Notes: generated by a model from the sequence alone, not told the origin. 64,000 nt of DNA from Octopus sinensis (GCF_006345805.1 NC_043012.1:36022001-36086000), one strand, 5' to 3'. Positions 1 to 13,347 are shown, numbered from the stretch's first letter. Program-made: numbers and translations.

Positions 1-352
1 CCTTTAGTTGAGCAAATTGACCCCAGAGCTTATTCTTTGTAAGCCCAGCAATTATTCTATCGGTCTGTTTTACCGAACCCCTCAGCTATGAGGATGTAAA
101 CACACCAGCATTGGCTGTCAAGCAATGGTGGGGGGACGGACAAGCAGACACACAAACATATACATACACATACATATACGTATATATACATATACGACAG
201 GCATCTTCCAGATTCCATCTACCAAATCCACTGACAAGGCTTTGGTTGGCCCAAGGCTATAGTAGAAGACACTTGCCCAAGGTGCCACACAGTGGTACTG
301 AACCTGGAACCATGTGGTTCGTAAGCAAGCTACTTACCACACAGACATCCCT
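1..352 (-). mobile_element. tRNA-derived SINE family A (cut by the window edge)
   Basis: Same sequence as the copies at 4891, 9551 and 57372: tRNA-like head, ccttgggcaagt CORE-like motif and an internal microsatellite. Confidence 0.85.
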
Positions 353-434
353 GTGCTTATTCATTTCTTCTTTTACTTGTTTCAATCATTTTGACTGCAA
401 CCATGTTAAAGCACATACACACACACACAGTTAA

Positions 435-780
435 AAATTGTCTAAAGTCGTAAGACGCCCGCTGTTTTTGTCCTGCTTGCCATTCTTGTTTTTTATTTCT
501 ATTTTTCGTTTCTTGTATTTATATTCGGGTGGCATCCTGTCTTTGTTTTGTATACATTTGATCCTCTTTCCAAGAAATCTAATGCCTGTGGCTTAGTTTT
601 TCCTTGGGGCTGGCCGGTTCGGAGTGATATCGAGATTAAACAGCCGAAATTGCTAAGATGATCCGGTTCCGACTGAAGATTAGAGGCTTCGAGTGACCCG
701 TCTGTTTTCTTTGTGTCATCTCTTTGTGTGTTTTTGCGTTCTTGTCCCACTTTGTAATTTATATTTTATATTTAATTTCT
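435..780. repeat. Unclassified interspersed repeat abutting (TA)n
   Basis: CpG-containing, T-rich segment ending in a (TA)n/(TAGA)n tract. Its architecture resembles the other (TA)n-associated elements here. Only one copy is in the window. Confidence 0.35.
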
Positions 781-784
781 ATAC

Positions 785-896
<112 letters not shown>

Positions 897-1165
897 GCAT
901 GTATATATAATATACATATATACATATATATAATATAGATACATTTGCATATATATAAACGCAGAAATGTGTGGGGTGGGTATAAGAGTGTGTATAATCA
1001 TTATTTACTGTAAACTCCAAATTACAAAATATAAATTTGAACAATGTTGTGAAATTTATGTTGTATGATGTTTATACTGTTTATTTTGAACCATCCATCC
1101 TCCCAGATTCTCAGATTCCCATCTTTAAGTTTCAGTATTAAATCTGATATTCTTACCGTTTTCAG

Positions 1166-1350
1166 TCCTGATCACAAACGCCGTACCAGATACGTCAGTT
1201 GCACCCTTAACCCTGAATGGCATCAAAATCTAGTCTTCCAGAATCTCAGTCGAGATGATCTCAAAACCAAAATCTTGGAAATCACAGTGTGGGATTACGA
1301 CCGGTTCAAACCCAATGATTTCCTTGGTCAAGTTGTCATAGACCTAAAAG
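1166..1350 (+). CDS. PCLO-like: Internal exon of a Piccolo/Fife/RIM-family gene, core of the C2A domain
   Basis: Acceptor ttttcag at 1159-1165 and donor AAG|gtatgt at 1351. Encodes PDHKRRTRYVSCTLNPEWHQNLVFQNLSRDDLKTKILEITVWDYDRFKPNDFLGQVVIDLK, closely matching the Piccolo C2A pattern (KRRTK..LNPEWNQ..LEVTVWDYDRF..NDFLGEV.IDL) as recalled. Phase 2 in, phase 1 out. Upstream exons lie outside the window. Confidence 0.9.
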
Positions 1351-2161
1351 GTATGTATGGAACCCCCCTCCCCCCTGCACCACCACTACTACCACCACCA
1401 CCACCACCACCACCTATCCCTGCTTCCAGTCCAGTTTCGATTCTCATCTATGTCATGTGAGTGAGAGTTTATTGAGACAAGGAAAATTTTGATGTCTTTC
1501 AATCATCATCATCATCATCATCTTCATCATTACTATCACCATGATGACCATCACCATCTTCATCATCACCATCATCATCATCACCATCATCATCACCACC
1601 ATCATCATCATCAACAGCAGCACTAGCAGCATTACTATCGTTGTCATCATCAGCAGCATCCTCCTTTTGTTTTTTCAGACAGTTGATCGTAATTTGTGGA
1701 AGATTTTGTTGATATTTCTAGTTGTCTGAGTGCCTGCATAAAAGTTCCCTTGTTGAGCCATCAGTAAACGTATTTGACGTGTGTGTGTGTGTGTGTGTGT
1801 GATGTGACACAGACTGTGATACAGATTCTATAACTTATCTATGATACATTATCAATAAGCCATGTTACGATTTGTGATCTGCATAACAATATAAGTTGTT
1901 ATATGTGTTGTGATACATGAACTGACACAACATGTCACACAGATTCTGTCACTGCGATACATATGTCACTCAACACAACGCAGCACATCACAGGCTGTCA
2001 AACCTACTTTGATACACAATGTGTGACACAGAAGCTATAAAAACAATTTCTGTCACTTACTGAGACACAAGATGTTGTGACACATATCATGACACATGCT
2101 GTAACACACAACCAACTCTGTAACATGATTGTAACATAATCTCTGTATCGCTGTATTTCAG

Positions 2162-2376
2162 ATGATTGCTTCATCGATAGCCAGTCTCACTGGTACCGTC
2201 TGTGTCAACAAAATGACGCCCTAGCCAGTACAGATCTACCAAAACCTACAGTTGGACCTCATTATTTTCGCCCCATGACCATCACCGACAGTCAAATGTC
2301 CCACCACAGGATTGGTGAATACCCAACAGCTCCACGCCGATATCATACTCAAGCTCGTTCCCAACACACCACTCAG
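2162..2376 (+). CDS. PCLO-like: Next exon: end of the C2A domain plus a low-complexity linker
   Basis: Acceptor tatttcag; the phase 1 join gives DDCFIDSQSHWYRLCQQNDALASTDLPKP...RSQHTTQ. The LD...WY.L motif typically ends RIM/Piccolo C2A domains. Donor CAG|gtaaat, phase 0. Confidence 0.88.
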
Positions 2377-2567
2377 GTAAATCTCACCTTTGCGTTTTCT
2401 CTCCCTCTTCTTTCTTTCTTTCTTTCTACTCTATCTCAGCATAAACACCACAACTTCCTATTTTTCCTACCTGCTGCAATTTGGAATATTTCTTTTATTG
2501 ATTGATTATGTCTATCCAGTGCAACTCTGTCAGTATATTATTGGTTAGTTGTGCCTGGTGGTAGCTA

Positions 2568-2756
2568 TCATCATCATCGTTTAACGTCCGTTCTCCATGC
2601 TAGCATGGGTTGGACGGTTCGACCGGGGATCTGTGAAGCCAGAAGGTCTGCACCAGGCTCCAGTCTGATCTGGCAGTGTTTCTACAGCTGGATGCCCTTC
2701 CTAACGTCAACCACTCCGTGAGTGTAGTGGGTGCTTTTTATGTGCCACCTGCACAG
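2568..2756 (-). mobile_element. RTE LINE 3' end fragment
   Basis: Reverse complement of about 18810-19000, including the (GAT)n tail. Confidence 0.85.
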
Positions 2757-3235
2757 CTAATGTAATAAAATAACAAAACTGGTCTGTTGGGCAGTTATGT
2801 ACCTTTCCACTCCACTCAAACCCACACACCTGAGGAAGAGTTTCACTCAACGGAGATTAACTGATGGCTCAACTGGCCAAAACTTCGAAGTCACTGTCAA
2901 TAATATTCTTATTTAACAGTAATAAATATATGTCTAAGTATATATATATATATGTGTATATGTACATGTATATATTCATACATATACGTATGTGTGTATA
3001 TATATTTATGTATAAGAGCTTTTATTAATCGCTACAATAGTTTCAACACATCTAGCATCCATCTTAATAAATTGTATTTATGTGTTTGTGTGTGTCTGTA
3101 TGTACGCACACGCAATACTTTTGAAGATCGCACAACACTTTTAGTAGAGTATATTTATTTTTACAAAGCAAAGGTAGACAGTGGCTTTGAAGATCTGTCA
3201 TCATATATATATACATAGATATATACATACATCAT

Positions 3236-3290
<55 letters not shown>

Positions 3291-3344
3291 CACATACATA
3301 CATACATACATACAACATATATACATATATATATATATATACAT

Positions 3345-3375
<31 letters not shown>

Positions 3376-3520
3376 ACATATATGTATATATATGTATGTA
3401 TTTATGTATGTATATATGTACATATGTATGTAATGTATGTATGTATATGAAAGGCTTACGCACACTTTCTTTTGACCAAATTTCACACATAAGGTTTTGA
3501 TTACCCCATGACCATCGTAG

Positions 3521-3855
3521 AATAAGATGGAGTGAAAATAAAATAGTGTAAGAAATCAAAAATGCCTAAGGACTGAAGCGTTGCTATATTTGATCACTAG
3601 AAAAATGCTAAAATTTTTGCTGAGATCAATCAAGGGCATTTACTCCCTCAAGCACCTTAAAAATCCCAAAATGGGAATTTTTTGTAAATTTTTTAACAAT
3701 AGCGGAGTTTGTGGAGGGGGGCAGGGTGAGGGAGTAAATGACCTGAACTGATCTAAGCAAAAATTTAGCATCTTTCTAGTAAATAAAAATAGCAACATTT
3801 TTAGCCCTCAGGCATTTTCAATTTTCACAATTTTTTACTTTCATTCCACCCTATT
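3521..3855. mobile_element. Old MITE with long (about 130 bp) imperfect inverted arms
   Basis: aaaaatgcctaagg...ctagaaaaatgctaaaatttttgctgagatca...catttactccctc is mirrored by gagggagtaaatg...tgatctaagcaaaaatttagcatctttctag...ggcatttt. Confidence 0.7.
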
Positions 3856-4059
3856 GTGGAAGACATTTGCTCAAAGTATTGATCACTGGAACCAAATCCA
3901 GAACTAAGTTATTATGAAACAAAAAACTCAGCCACAAGGCCATGGCTATATCAGTATTTTTTTCAGTGGATCTATTTATTCTAAATATTTGTCATGTAAA
4001 CCATTAAATGTTTCCATTGATCACCAATTTTCATTTCTGATAATATTTTCCACTTTTAG

Positions 4060-4126
4060 ATGCAAGAATCAGCAATGGAACCTGAAGTTAAACGTAGAAA
4101 ATCTATTGGTACCATAGCAGAAGATC
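4060..4126 (+). CDS. PCLO-like: Exon MQESAMEPEVKRRKSIGTIAED
   Basis: Acceptor ccacttttag, donor C|gtaagt, open in phase 0 and exiting in phase 1. RRKS is a basophilic-kinase-type site. Confidence 0.75.
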
Positions 4127-4364
4127 GTAAGTGTAGCTTCTATTTCTAGCATCTTTCATTGAAATGTCAGGATTTTCTCCTTTATTTGTTTGTTTTTTGC
4201 TTTTGTGTCTTTAAGGGAAGGAGTTGAAGTTTTCTTGATCCCATCTACCATTGTTGGTGCCAAGGGCAAATGATTTATCCCTGGGTAAAACATTATAGGT
4301 TACCATTGGGTCCTTGGAAATGTAGGGTCCATACCTCATGATGGTACTGAAAATGCATTGAGTG

Positions 4365-4553
4365 GACTGGTTAGCATTAGGGAGGGCACGTAGCCATAGA
4401 AACCATGTCAAAACAGTGGAAAATTGGAATGTATGAGGAAGGCATTATCCAGTGCCCTGGAGAACTGTAACACAGAATAAGAACTGTCTTGGACCATGAG
4501 AACTTGGTGCCAGCATAAAGAATGGACAGAAAACAATGATGAGGATGATGATG
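4365..4553 (+). mobile_element. Degenerate RTE-type 3' end
   Basis: ggttagcattagggagggcacgtagccatagaaac ... gccagcat ... (GAT)n is a diverged version of the RTE tail. A similar remnant lies at about 31820-32000. Confidence 0.55.
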
Positions 4554-4588
4554 ATATGTGTGTGAATACATATATACATATATATGTA

Positions 4589-4629
<41 letters not shown>

Positions 4630-4890
4630 TATATATTATATATATACATATATATACATGTGTATAATATAAATATATACATGCATACATATATACATAT
4701 ATATATGTATGTATATATATATATATATATATATAATATGTATATATATATATATATACACATATATATATATATATTATATATATCTATATATATATAT
4801 ATATATATATATATCACACATATATATATATATATATATAGATATATATATATATATACACATATATATATACACATAATATATATGTAC

Positions 4891-5346
4891 TTATTCTTTT
4901 ACTCTTTTACTTCTTTCAGTCATTTGACTGTGGCCATGCTGGAGCACTGCCTATAGTCGCGCAAATCAACCCCATGACTTGTTCTTTGTAAGCCTACTAC
5001 TTATTCTATCAGTCTCTTTTGCCAAACCGCTAAGTTACCGTGACGTAAACACACCAGCATCAGTTGTCAAGTGATGTTGGGGGGAGAAACAAAGACACAC
5101 AAACATGCACACACACACATACACACACCACACACAACGCACACACACACACACACACACATATACACCAATACATGTATACGACAGGCTTCTTTCAGTT
5201 TCCATCTACCAAATCCACTCACAAGGCTTTGGTCAGCCTTAGGCTATAGTAGAAGATACTTTCCCAAGGTGCCATGTAGTGGGCCTGAACCCGGAACCAT
5301 GTGGTTCGTAAGCAAGCTACTTATCACACAGCCACTCCTGCACCTA
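4891..5346 (-). mobile_element. SINE family A, full length
   Basis: Complete head, body and (GTAAAAGA)-type tail, collinear with 57372-57780. Confidence 0.9.
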
Positions 5347-6231
5347 TGCATATATATGTATATATGTATGTATGTATGTATACATAGAAACAGACTGCTT
5401 AGTGTTAACCATCCAATATGTAATCTTAGCTAAGTGGGTGAAGGCCATCCTATTTTAGTTGCCAGACTCACATGTCCTCTTTCCTATTGAAACACTAGAA
5501 ATACTTTTTATTTATAGAACTCATCATGTTATTACATTACTACATTATCATACCATTATCATATCATTATCATATCATTATCATATCATTATGTAACAAT
5601 ATAGTATACTATAATTTCAGTGTGTATATACACGATGTAACAGTATAGTTGGTGCATATTTTGATATTTCCTCAACACTGTATCACCAGAACCTTATCCA
5701 CTCAGCTTTCCATTCTCATCCCTACAACTACGAATAGGCTCCCTTAACATGTCATATAGAGAGACTGAACTTGTAACTTTGTGGTGCTAAAGCAAACATC
5801 TTTACCATTCAGCCACTCTGCACCTTCATGTTATTTTAAATGCAGAAAGCTGCACAAAGACAGAATTTTATTAAATTAAAACAGAGAAACACATTAGTAT
5901 AATTTTATCTAAAACCTCCAAGAAATTAAAGAGTAGACAAAGAACATGCTGTCTTCACTTCCGCTTCAGGAAGAAAGACTTGTTACAGATTTTGCTTGCC
6001 ACTGTTTTATGGGGTCAGTTTTAATTTATTGACTAGTTTTATCAAATCCTTTTTATGTCTAAGGCTGAGAGAACAAGGGACAGTGTCTGTTAGGGGTAGG
6101 GCTGAGGGAGCAGACAGAAATCATAGTGGGTATAGTCATAAAACTCAATGATTGCATTGTTCAATTAAACGGAGTTGTGTGAAACGATCGTACTGCATTA
6201 CCTCTAGATATCCTTGTTGCTTATTTTGATT

Positions 6232-6262
<31 letters not shown>

Positions 6263-6422
6263 CTAGATATATATATCTAGATATATGTAGTAATTGAAAA
6301 ATATTGTTATAGATATAAATATACCATAAACAATTATAGAAAAATGGAGGAGAAAAAGATGTTGCATCGAAATTAGATTTAATACAAAATAGGATTTAAT
6401 ACATATGGGCGTTTCAAATGAC

Positions 6423-6607
6423 AATCATGATAGATCGTTAGCCACTACACACATTTTTTTCTCTCCTTGTTTTTTTCTGTGTCCTTTTCTGTAGAAGAGC
6501 GTAGGCTCGAAACATAAAAGACTTTTTCTATTCCTGAGCGTTATACTAATACATCTGTTTGTTTTGTACACCACCTGTCTTCGTCTTTTGTTTTTTTCGT
6601 AAACTCT

Positions 6608-6610
<3 letters not shown>
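6423..6610 (+). mobile_element. Probable Penelope-derived non-autonomous fragment ending in (TA)n
   Basis: Contains ctgtagaa-GAGC-gtag-GCTC-gaaac, a degenerate hammerhead-like core, and ends at a (TA)n tract. Confidence 0.4.
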
Positions 6611-6649
<39 letters not shown>

Positions 6650-6751
6650 TATTATATATGTGTGTGTGTGGTAAATGAAAGACGGAAGATGGAATATACA
6701 AGAATTTATTAATCCACAACAATTGTTTCAACACACTTAACAACTGGTTGC

Positions 6752-6802
<51 letters not shown>

Positions 6803-6937
6803 ACATATATATGTATGTATAGCCTGCATAACATCGTCCACTGTCCTTATTGTATATTATCAGCAAACCCTTTTTCCAAAATCTTGTCTTCCTACCATTG
6901 ATGCTTTCTGTTCAACCTCTGTCATTGTCATTTCTAG

Positions 6938-7042
6938 GTCTCCAACCTGACAAGATGGCCGAGACCTCATCATCAAGATCTTCTCCAATTCCTCAGTCCA
7001 TCCCACGCGACACCCAAACGTCTTTGATAAACCAAAATAGAA
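6938..7042 (+). CDS. PCLO-like: Ser/Pro-rich exon RLQPDKMAETSSSRSSPIPQSIPRDTQTSLINQNR
   Basis: Acceptor catttctag, donor A|gtaagt. Phase 1 in and phase 1 out, consistent with the previous exon. Confidence 0.72.
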
Positions 7043-7097
7043 GTAAGTCTTTACTTGGTTCTATCATTCACTTTTTGCATGCCTGGCAAGTGGCTTT

Positions 7098-7486
7098 GTT
7101 GCCATGGAGATGTGTGTGATGTCTTTGTTGCTATGGAAATGTGTGAAGTCTAGCTTTGGTGCTATGATGAAGTATCAGTTGTGTGGCTTTGTTGCTATGG
7201 TGATGTGTTTGTGATGTGTAGCCTTGTTGCTATACAGATGAGTCAGATATGTGTACTTGTTGCTATGGAGGTGTCATCAAATGTGAGGGCTTGTTGCCAT
7301 GGAAATCTGGCAGAAGCTAAACTTTCTAATCTGGGATACTGGGAGATGTAGTTTGATGTGTAGCTCTGTTGTCATGGATACGAGTTTGCCACAGAACTTC
7401 GTTGGCATAGAAACATTTCTGAAATGTACTCTAGTTGCTTAGACATGGAAGTCTTCCTTGTGTACTCTTGTTGTTGCCATGGAAAT
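7098..7486 (+). repeat. Degenerate array of GTTGCYATGG motifs (X-box-like)
   Basis: At least nine copies, at 7098, 7127, 7191, 7226, 7259, 7293, 7368, 7401 and 7473. Confidence 0.75.
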
Positions 7487-7792
7487 ATTTTAATTTCAGA
7501 ACCAGATACAACTTAGCAAAGGTGCCAAGATTTATTGCTGGTGCACACACACACACACACACACACACACACCACACACACACACACAACACACACACAC
7601 ATGTACGTGCACACACACACACAGACATATATATATATAAATAAACAGATATACACCAACACATACATACATATATAAATTGAAATATAAAAAATGCCAA
7701 GCTGCCATTTCGAGTCAAAACAGCCTCCGCCACCCCCCCCCCCCAACCCCCTTTCATTCATTGACACTTATATTTTATTCTGGTTCTTCCAG

Positions 7793-7806
7793 GAGAGAAA
7801 GTTTTG
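7793..7806 (+). CDS. Candidate 14-nt microexon (REKVL)
   Basis: tattttattctggttcttccag|GAGAGAAAGTTTTG|gtaaat. It converts phase 1 to the phase 0 needed by the 23533 exon. Support is from splice signals only. Confidence 0.3.
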
Positions 7807-9224
7807 GTAAATGTACCATTAAGTAGCTTAGTATCATCATCATCATCAACACCATCACCATCATCATTGTCCTCATTAATCTCATTGTTGCCATGACAAC
7901 CACCACCACCACCACCATCATCATCTTTGCACACAGATGCTCACATATGCATTCACATGCATGCATAACACCTGTACACCACACACATACACACCTCTAA
8001 ATTCTTTCTCATTTAAGTATAAGGACAGCAATTTTGAGGGGAGGGGGACAAGTCAATTACAGCAACCCCCAATACTTGACTGGTGCTGTTAATTTTTGCA
8101 ACCCCCAAGGGATGAAAAGCAAAGTTGTCCTTAGCAGGATTTGAACTCAGAGTGTAAAAAGCAGAATGAAATACCAATTATGCATTAACGACTCCGTCAG
8201 CCTTCCACCTTATCACCTTTCACTAATTAAACAACATAGAACAAAGTGTGACCTTAATTTGGGTGTGACCCCTACACAATACCATATGATATCAGTGGCC
8301 CTTACACATGATATTCTTTGTAGTGCAGTAAGTATAATAGCAATTTGGTTGAGACTGCAACTCCTTGTACCTTCCAAAGTACTGTGTGTCTGTGGGACCT
8401 TGTATATTCTGTGGTACCTAGTGACCTCAATTTGGTGTGACCTCAACACATGCTAACTTTTATAGTAAGCCCTGGCTGTGACTCCAAAACCTGGCACCTT
8501 CTCTACTATGGTGTGCCTTTAATTTAACTGTGAGCTCAACATGTGACACCTTTTGTGCTGAAGAGTGTGGTGTCATTTGGCCCAGTGGCCCTAACACCTC
8601 CCACCTTCCATACTAAACTGTATCAACTCACTCTCGCTCTGACCTTCTCCAACAAACAATAAAACATACCAGAACGGTTCTCTTCTCTGCTGACATCTCT
8701 CTGTTACCATTATCTCATCCATCTTGATTCTTCATCACTATTTAATGATGCTGTGACATAAGATTATTCTAGAGGGAGTTGCAGTGAAGGTGGCGACGAA
8801 GACGGTGGTGGTGGTGGTGATGGCGGAGGAGGTAACTTATACACACACAGTAACATATACACACACTCATTTATTCACACACATACACAAGCACGCACAC
8901 ACACACACACACATACCTTTGTATATATGTTCATTATGTAAATGTGCATGTGTATATATGTATGCATGTATGTGTATATATATGTGTGTGTGTGTGTATA
9001 TATATATACACACACACACATATATATATATATACACATATATACATATATGTATGTGTATACACACACACATACACACACACAAAATGTCAGGAAGATG
9101 CATTTGATCTGCCCAGATGTACACATTTCATGCATACATGCACACACCCACACAGTCACAGTTGCATACGATCGCTGCTGCTCTTTGACATCGGCAAATA
9201 TGTTGCCAATTAGTCTCACACGCA

Positions 9225-9274
<50 letters not shown>

Positions 9275-9550
9275 CACGTACATTTACACGCTCATACACA
9301 TACACACATCAGATCAGACAGTACACATACTTTTTCTATTAAAGTTCCAGCTATCAATTTTTTTCACTTCAGTTTTTCATCCTCCTGTTGCATTCTCAGG
9401 TTGCTCAGTTGGTCCCTACCTTCATCCTGGTACCCTAATTATCTATCCAGTGCTTCTTCAGTCTTTCTTTTGCTCTTTGACCCTCCTTCCCTCTCTCCCT
9501 CTCTCTTTCTCTCTCTCTCGCATTCACTCTCTCTCTCTCTGCATATATAT

Positions 9551-9759
9551 ACTCTCTTACTCTCTTACTTGTTTCAGTCATTTGACTGCGGCCATGCTGG
9601 AACACCGCCTTTAATCGAGCAACTCGACCCGGGACTTATTCTTTGTAAGCCCAGTACTTATTCTATCAGTCTTTTTTACCGAACCGCTAAGTGACGGGGA
9701 CATAAACACACCAGCATCGGTTGTCAAGCGATGCTAGGGGGACAAACACAGACACACAA

Positions 9760-9790
<31 letters not shown>

Positions 9791-9965
9791 CATACATATA
9801 TACGACGGGCTTCTTTCAGTTTCCGTCTACCAAATCCACTCACAAGACTTTGGTCGGCCCGAGGCTATAGTAGAAGACACTTGCCCAAGGTGCCATGCAG
9901 TGGGACTGAACCTGGAACCATGTAGTTGGTAAACAAGCTACTTACCACACAGCCACTCCTGCGCC
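9551..9965 (-). mobile_element. SINE family A, full length, young
   Basis: Near-identical reverse complement of 57372-57780, with CpGs retained. Confidence 0.92.
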
Positions 9966-10019
9966 TATATATATATATATATTATATATATATATAGATA
10001 GATAGATATAGATAGATAC

Positions 10020-10054
<35 letters not shown>

Positions 10055-10122
10055 CACATATATATATGTATATACATACACAGACATCTACACGCATGCA
10101 CATACACACATATATGGTGAAT

Positions 10123-10425
10123 GCATGTGGCTCAGTGGTAAGGGTATTTGACTCATGATCATGAGGTCACAAGGTCGATTCTTGGTGGTACCTTGAACAA
10201 GACGCTTTATTCCACGCTGCTCCAGTCCACTCAACTGGCAAAATTGAGCTGTACCTGTAATTCAAAGGAGCCAGCCTTGTCACATTCTGTGTCACACTGA
10301 ATCTCCTTGAGAGCTACTTTAAGGGTATCATGTCTGTGGAGCACTCAGCCACTTGCACATTAATTTCATGAGCAGGCTGTTCCATTGATTGGATCAACTT
10401 GAACCCTCATCATAACCGATGACGA
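10123..10425 (+). mobile_element. tRNA-derived SINE family C
   Basis: A-box tggctcagtgg, B-box-like ggtcgattc, then ccttgaacaag and a ctccagtccactcaactg body. A related head is at about 14175-14280. Confidence 0.7.
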
Positions 10426-10579
10426 CAATCATGATAGTGGTGGTGGTGGTGATGGTGGTGGCGGCGGTGGTGTTGGTGGTGGTGGCGGTGGTGGCGGCAG
10501 CGGTGGTGGCGGCAGCGGCGGCGCTGGTGGTGGTGGTGGTGGTGGTGTTGGCGGTGGTGGTGGTGGTGGCGGTAGTAGC

Positions 10580-10790
10580 AAGTTGGCAGAATCATTTGCA
10601 TACTGGGTGAACTGTTTAGCAGCATTTCATTTGTTGCTATGTTGTGAGTTCAAATTCCACTGAGGTCACCTTTACCTTTCATCCTTTCGGTGTCAATAAA
10701 ATAAAAGTACCAGCTGTGCACTGGGGTTGATGTAATTGATTTGGCCCCTTCCCCCCTGAAATAGCTGGTTTATGCCAAAATTTGAAACCA
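10580..10790 (+). mobile_element. SINE family B, older short-tail copy
   Basis: tggcagaatc...gagttcaaattcc...ctttcatcctttcgg...gtaccag...gccaaaatttgaaacc. Similar copies at about 7995-8210(-), 26100-26290, 27037-27146(-), 27230-27450(-), 34785-35012(-), 36155-36352, 45580-45775, 49156-49376, 51510-51708 and 51775-51990. Confidence 0.75.
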
Positions 10791-11236
10791 ATATTGTTTT
10801 TATTAGTTCAGACATCCTAAACAATCCCAGAGATTGTTTAAACAAACGAAGAAATAAACAAGAATCTCTCCACCCCACACCCCTTTCTCCCTCCTTCGCT
10901 GCCCCCCCCCTCCACCAAACACATCTTTAATGTGTCTTACCTGTAACTTTGACATAGCAAAACACCTCACAGCTGTCTCTCTCAATTAACGAGAAGAGAA
11001 GTCAGTGTCTCTTGTAGCAGAACACAAAAATCCAACTGATGGAATTGGCAAATTGTTACAGCAGGAAGTTTACTGATTCGGGGAAAGAAAAAAAAAAAAG
11101 AAGAGGCATACATGTGTTAGACAATATATTAACACAGACAGACAGATAGACACAAACACAAAAGCATACAAACACATACACATTGTCACACATACACACA
11201 CACCCATATATATATATACACATACATATATATATG

Positions 11237-11432
11237 TAGCAGCTGTGTGGTTAGAAGCTTGCTTTCCAATCACATGGTTCTGAGTTCAGTCCCACTGCAT
11301 GGTACCTTGGGCAAGTGTCTTCTACAACCAAAATCTTGTGAGTGGATTTGGTAGGCGGAAACTGAACCTGGAACCATGTGGTTGGCAAGCAAGCTACTTA
11401 CCACACAGCCATTCCTGCACCACTCCTGCACC
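11237..11432. mobile_element. Two SINE A 5' halves fused in inverted orientation
   Basis: A + strand head at 11237-11366 joins a - strand head at 11361-11432 through a shared ACTGAA. Confidence 0.75.
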
Positions 11433-12251
11433 CGTATCTCTGTTGAAATACATTGCTTTTCCTTCAATTAATCTTGAAAATAATAAAGAATTTAATAAAA
11501 TAAATTTGTCGTTATTAAGCTGGTGTTTGAAACATAAATTAAGAAATGTTGATGGACAGTTTTGATGTCAGGGACATGGTTAATATGTAAAATTTGTCTA
11601 TGCAATAGTTTTACACCACTAAACTTAGTAGGTATTTAAGCAATGCATTTGTAGATAGCTAATGGGTAGCATGTGGTGCTGATGAGAGAGCAATGACTCT
11701 CGAAATATGCATGTACACCATTTACCTACTGTTTTTCTATTTCAATCACATTATTCACATACAAAACATTATTCATATACAAAACATTATAATTTTCAAT
11801 GCTGGATCTGAATTCTATAGAAAATTAGAAATTTACAAATGAGTTTTCATTTAGATCCCTTTCAAACAGGAAGCCTCTCTCATAAAACCAGGAATTGTGA
11901 CAAGCAGATTGCTTTCAAAAGAACCAATAATGACGAAATTATCGTACTAAATTCTTTATTATTTTCAAAATTAATCAAAACAAATGCAGTGAACTTCAGT
12001 GGAAATATGATGGTGAAAGGGTTAAATACACTTGGGTGTGGTTTGGGGAAGATTTGCTGCAATTTTTAGCATGTTGAATGACTGTTTAGAGACTCCTTGA
12101 CTGGCACCACAACAACCACCACCGGCACCAGCACCACCGTCTTCACCATTGTTCTACAGAAATATGGAACATGTGAAAAAATTGTAATTGTCTTCAACTA
12201 ATAGATTTCATTCTAGAGTGCATGGTTTAAATTTCTATTGTGCACGGGTGT

Positions 12252-12284
<33 letters not shown>

Positions 12285-12461
12285 ACACACACACATACAC
12301 ACACATACACACACACACACATACGCACATACACACATACATATATACATGTATGTATGAATGTATGTATATATAAGTATATGTATATATATATAATGTA
12401 TATATATATATATATATATGCATATATATGCGTGTGTATCTATCTATCTATATATATATAC

Positions 12462-12560
<99 letters not shown>

Positions 12561-12693
12561 GTATGTATACATGTATAATATATTCATATATAATTACATC
12601 TGGCTATGTGTGTGTGTACACATACACATGCATGCACACACATATATATGTATACACAAATATATGTATACACATAAAAATATATGTATAGAA

Positions 12694-12728
<35 letters not shown>

Positions 12729-13181
12729 GAAAGTGCACATCTAATATGCCAACATGTGCACATTTCATGAGAACTGTTTTTTCTGCAGGATATGATTCCA
12801 CAATTAAGTATTTCTGCTGCTAATTGGTTGATTACTAATGACCTGAGAGGCATGAAGATCACAACACACCATTATGTAACTCTTCTGTTTCCGACCTTAT
12901 TTCTTTAATTTCTATGTCAAAAAATGAATAGCTAGATTAATTAATTTAGTTTTAATAAAGCTGTAGTGTTCATTAGTGAAATAACATTAATAATACAGGA
13001 AAATAACTTTTAAGGGAGGAATACAAAGATATTTTTAATTAAATATTTCAGGATGTGTGATGGTGGTGGTGGTGGTGGTGGTGGTGGTGCTGCTGCTGCT
13101 AATGGTGGTGGTACTGATTGCTGGTGGGTGGTGTCATGGTAGTGCTGAGAATGATGGTGGTGTTGAAGAATTATTGTCTTC

Positions 13182-13215
<34 letters not shown>

Positions 13216-13224
13216 GTGTGTGTA

Positions 13225-13255
<31 letters not shown>

Positions 13256-13283
13256 TATATATATGTATGTATGTGTGTGTGTA

Positions 13284-13347
<64 letters not shown>

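Noticed and set aside
1065-1460. 131-aa ORF as a single-exon gene
   Set aside because: Only 1166-1350 is exon-like; the flanks are intron read-through, including the poly-Pro from (CCA)n.
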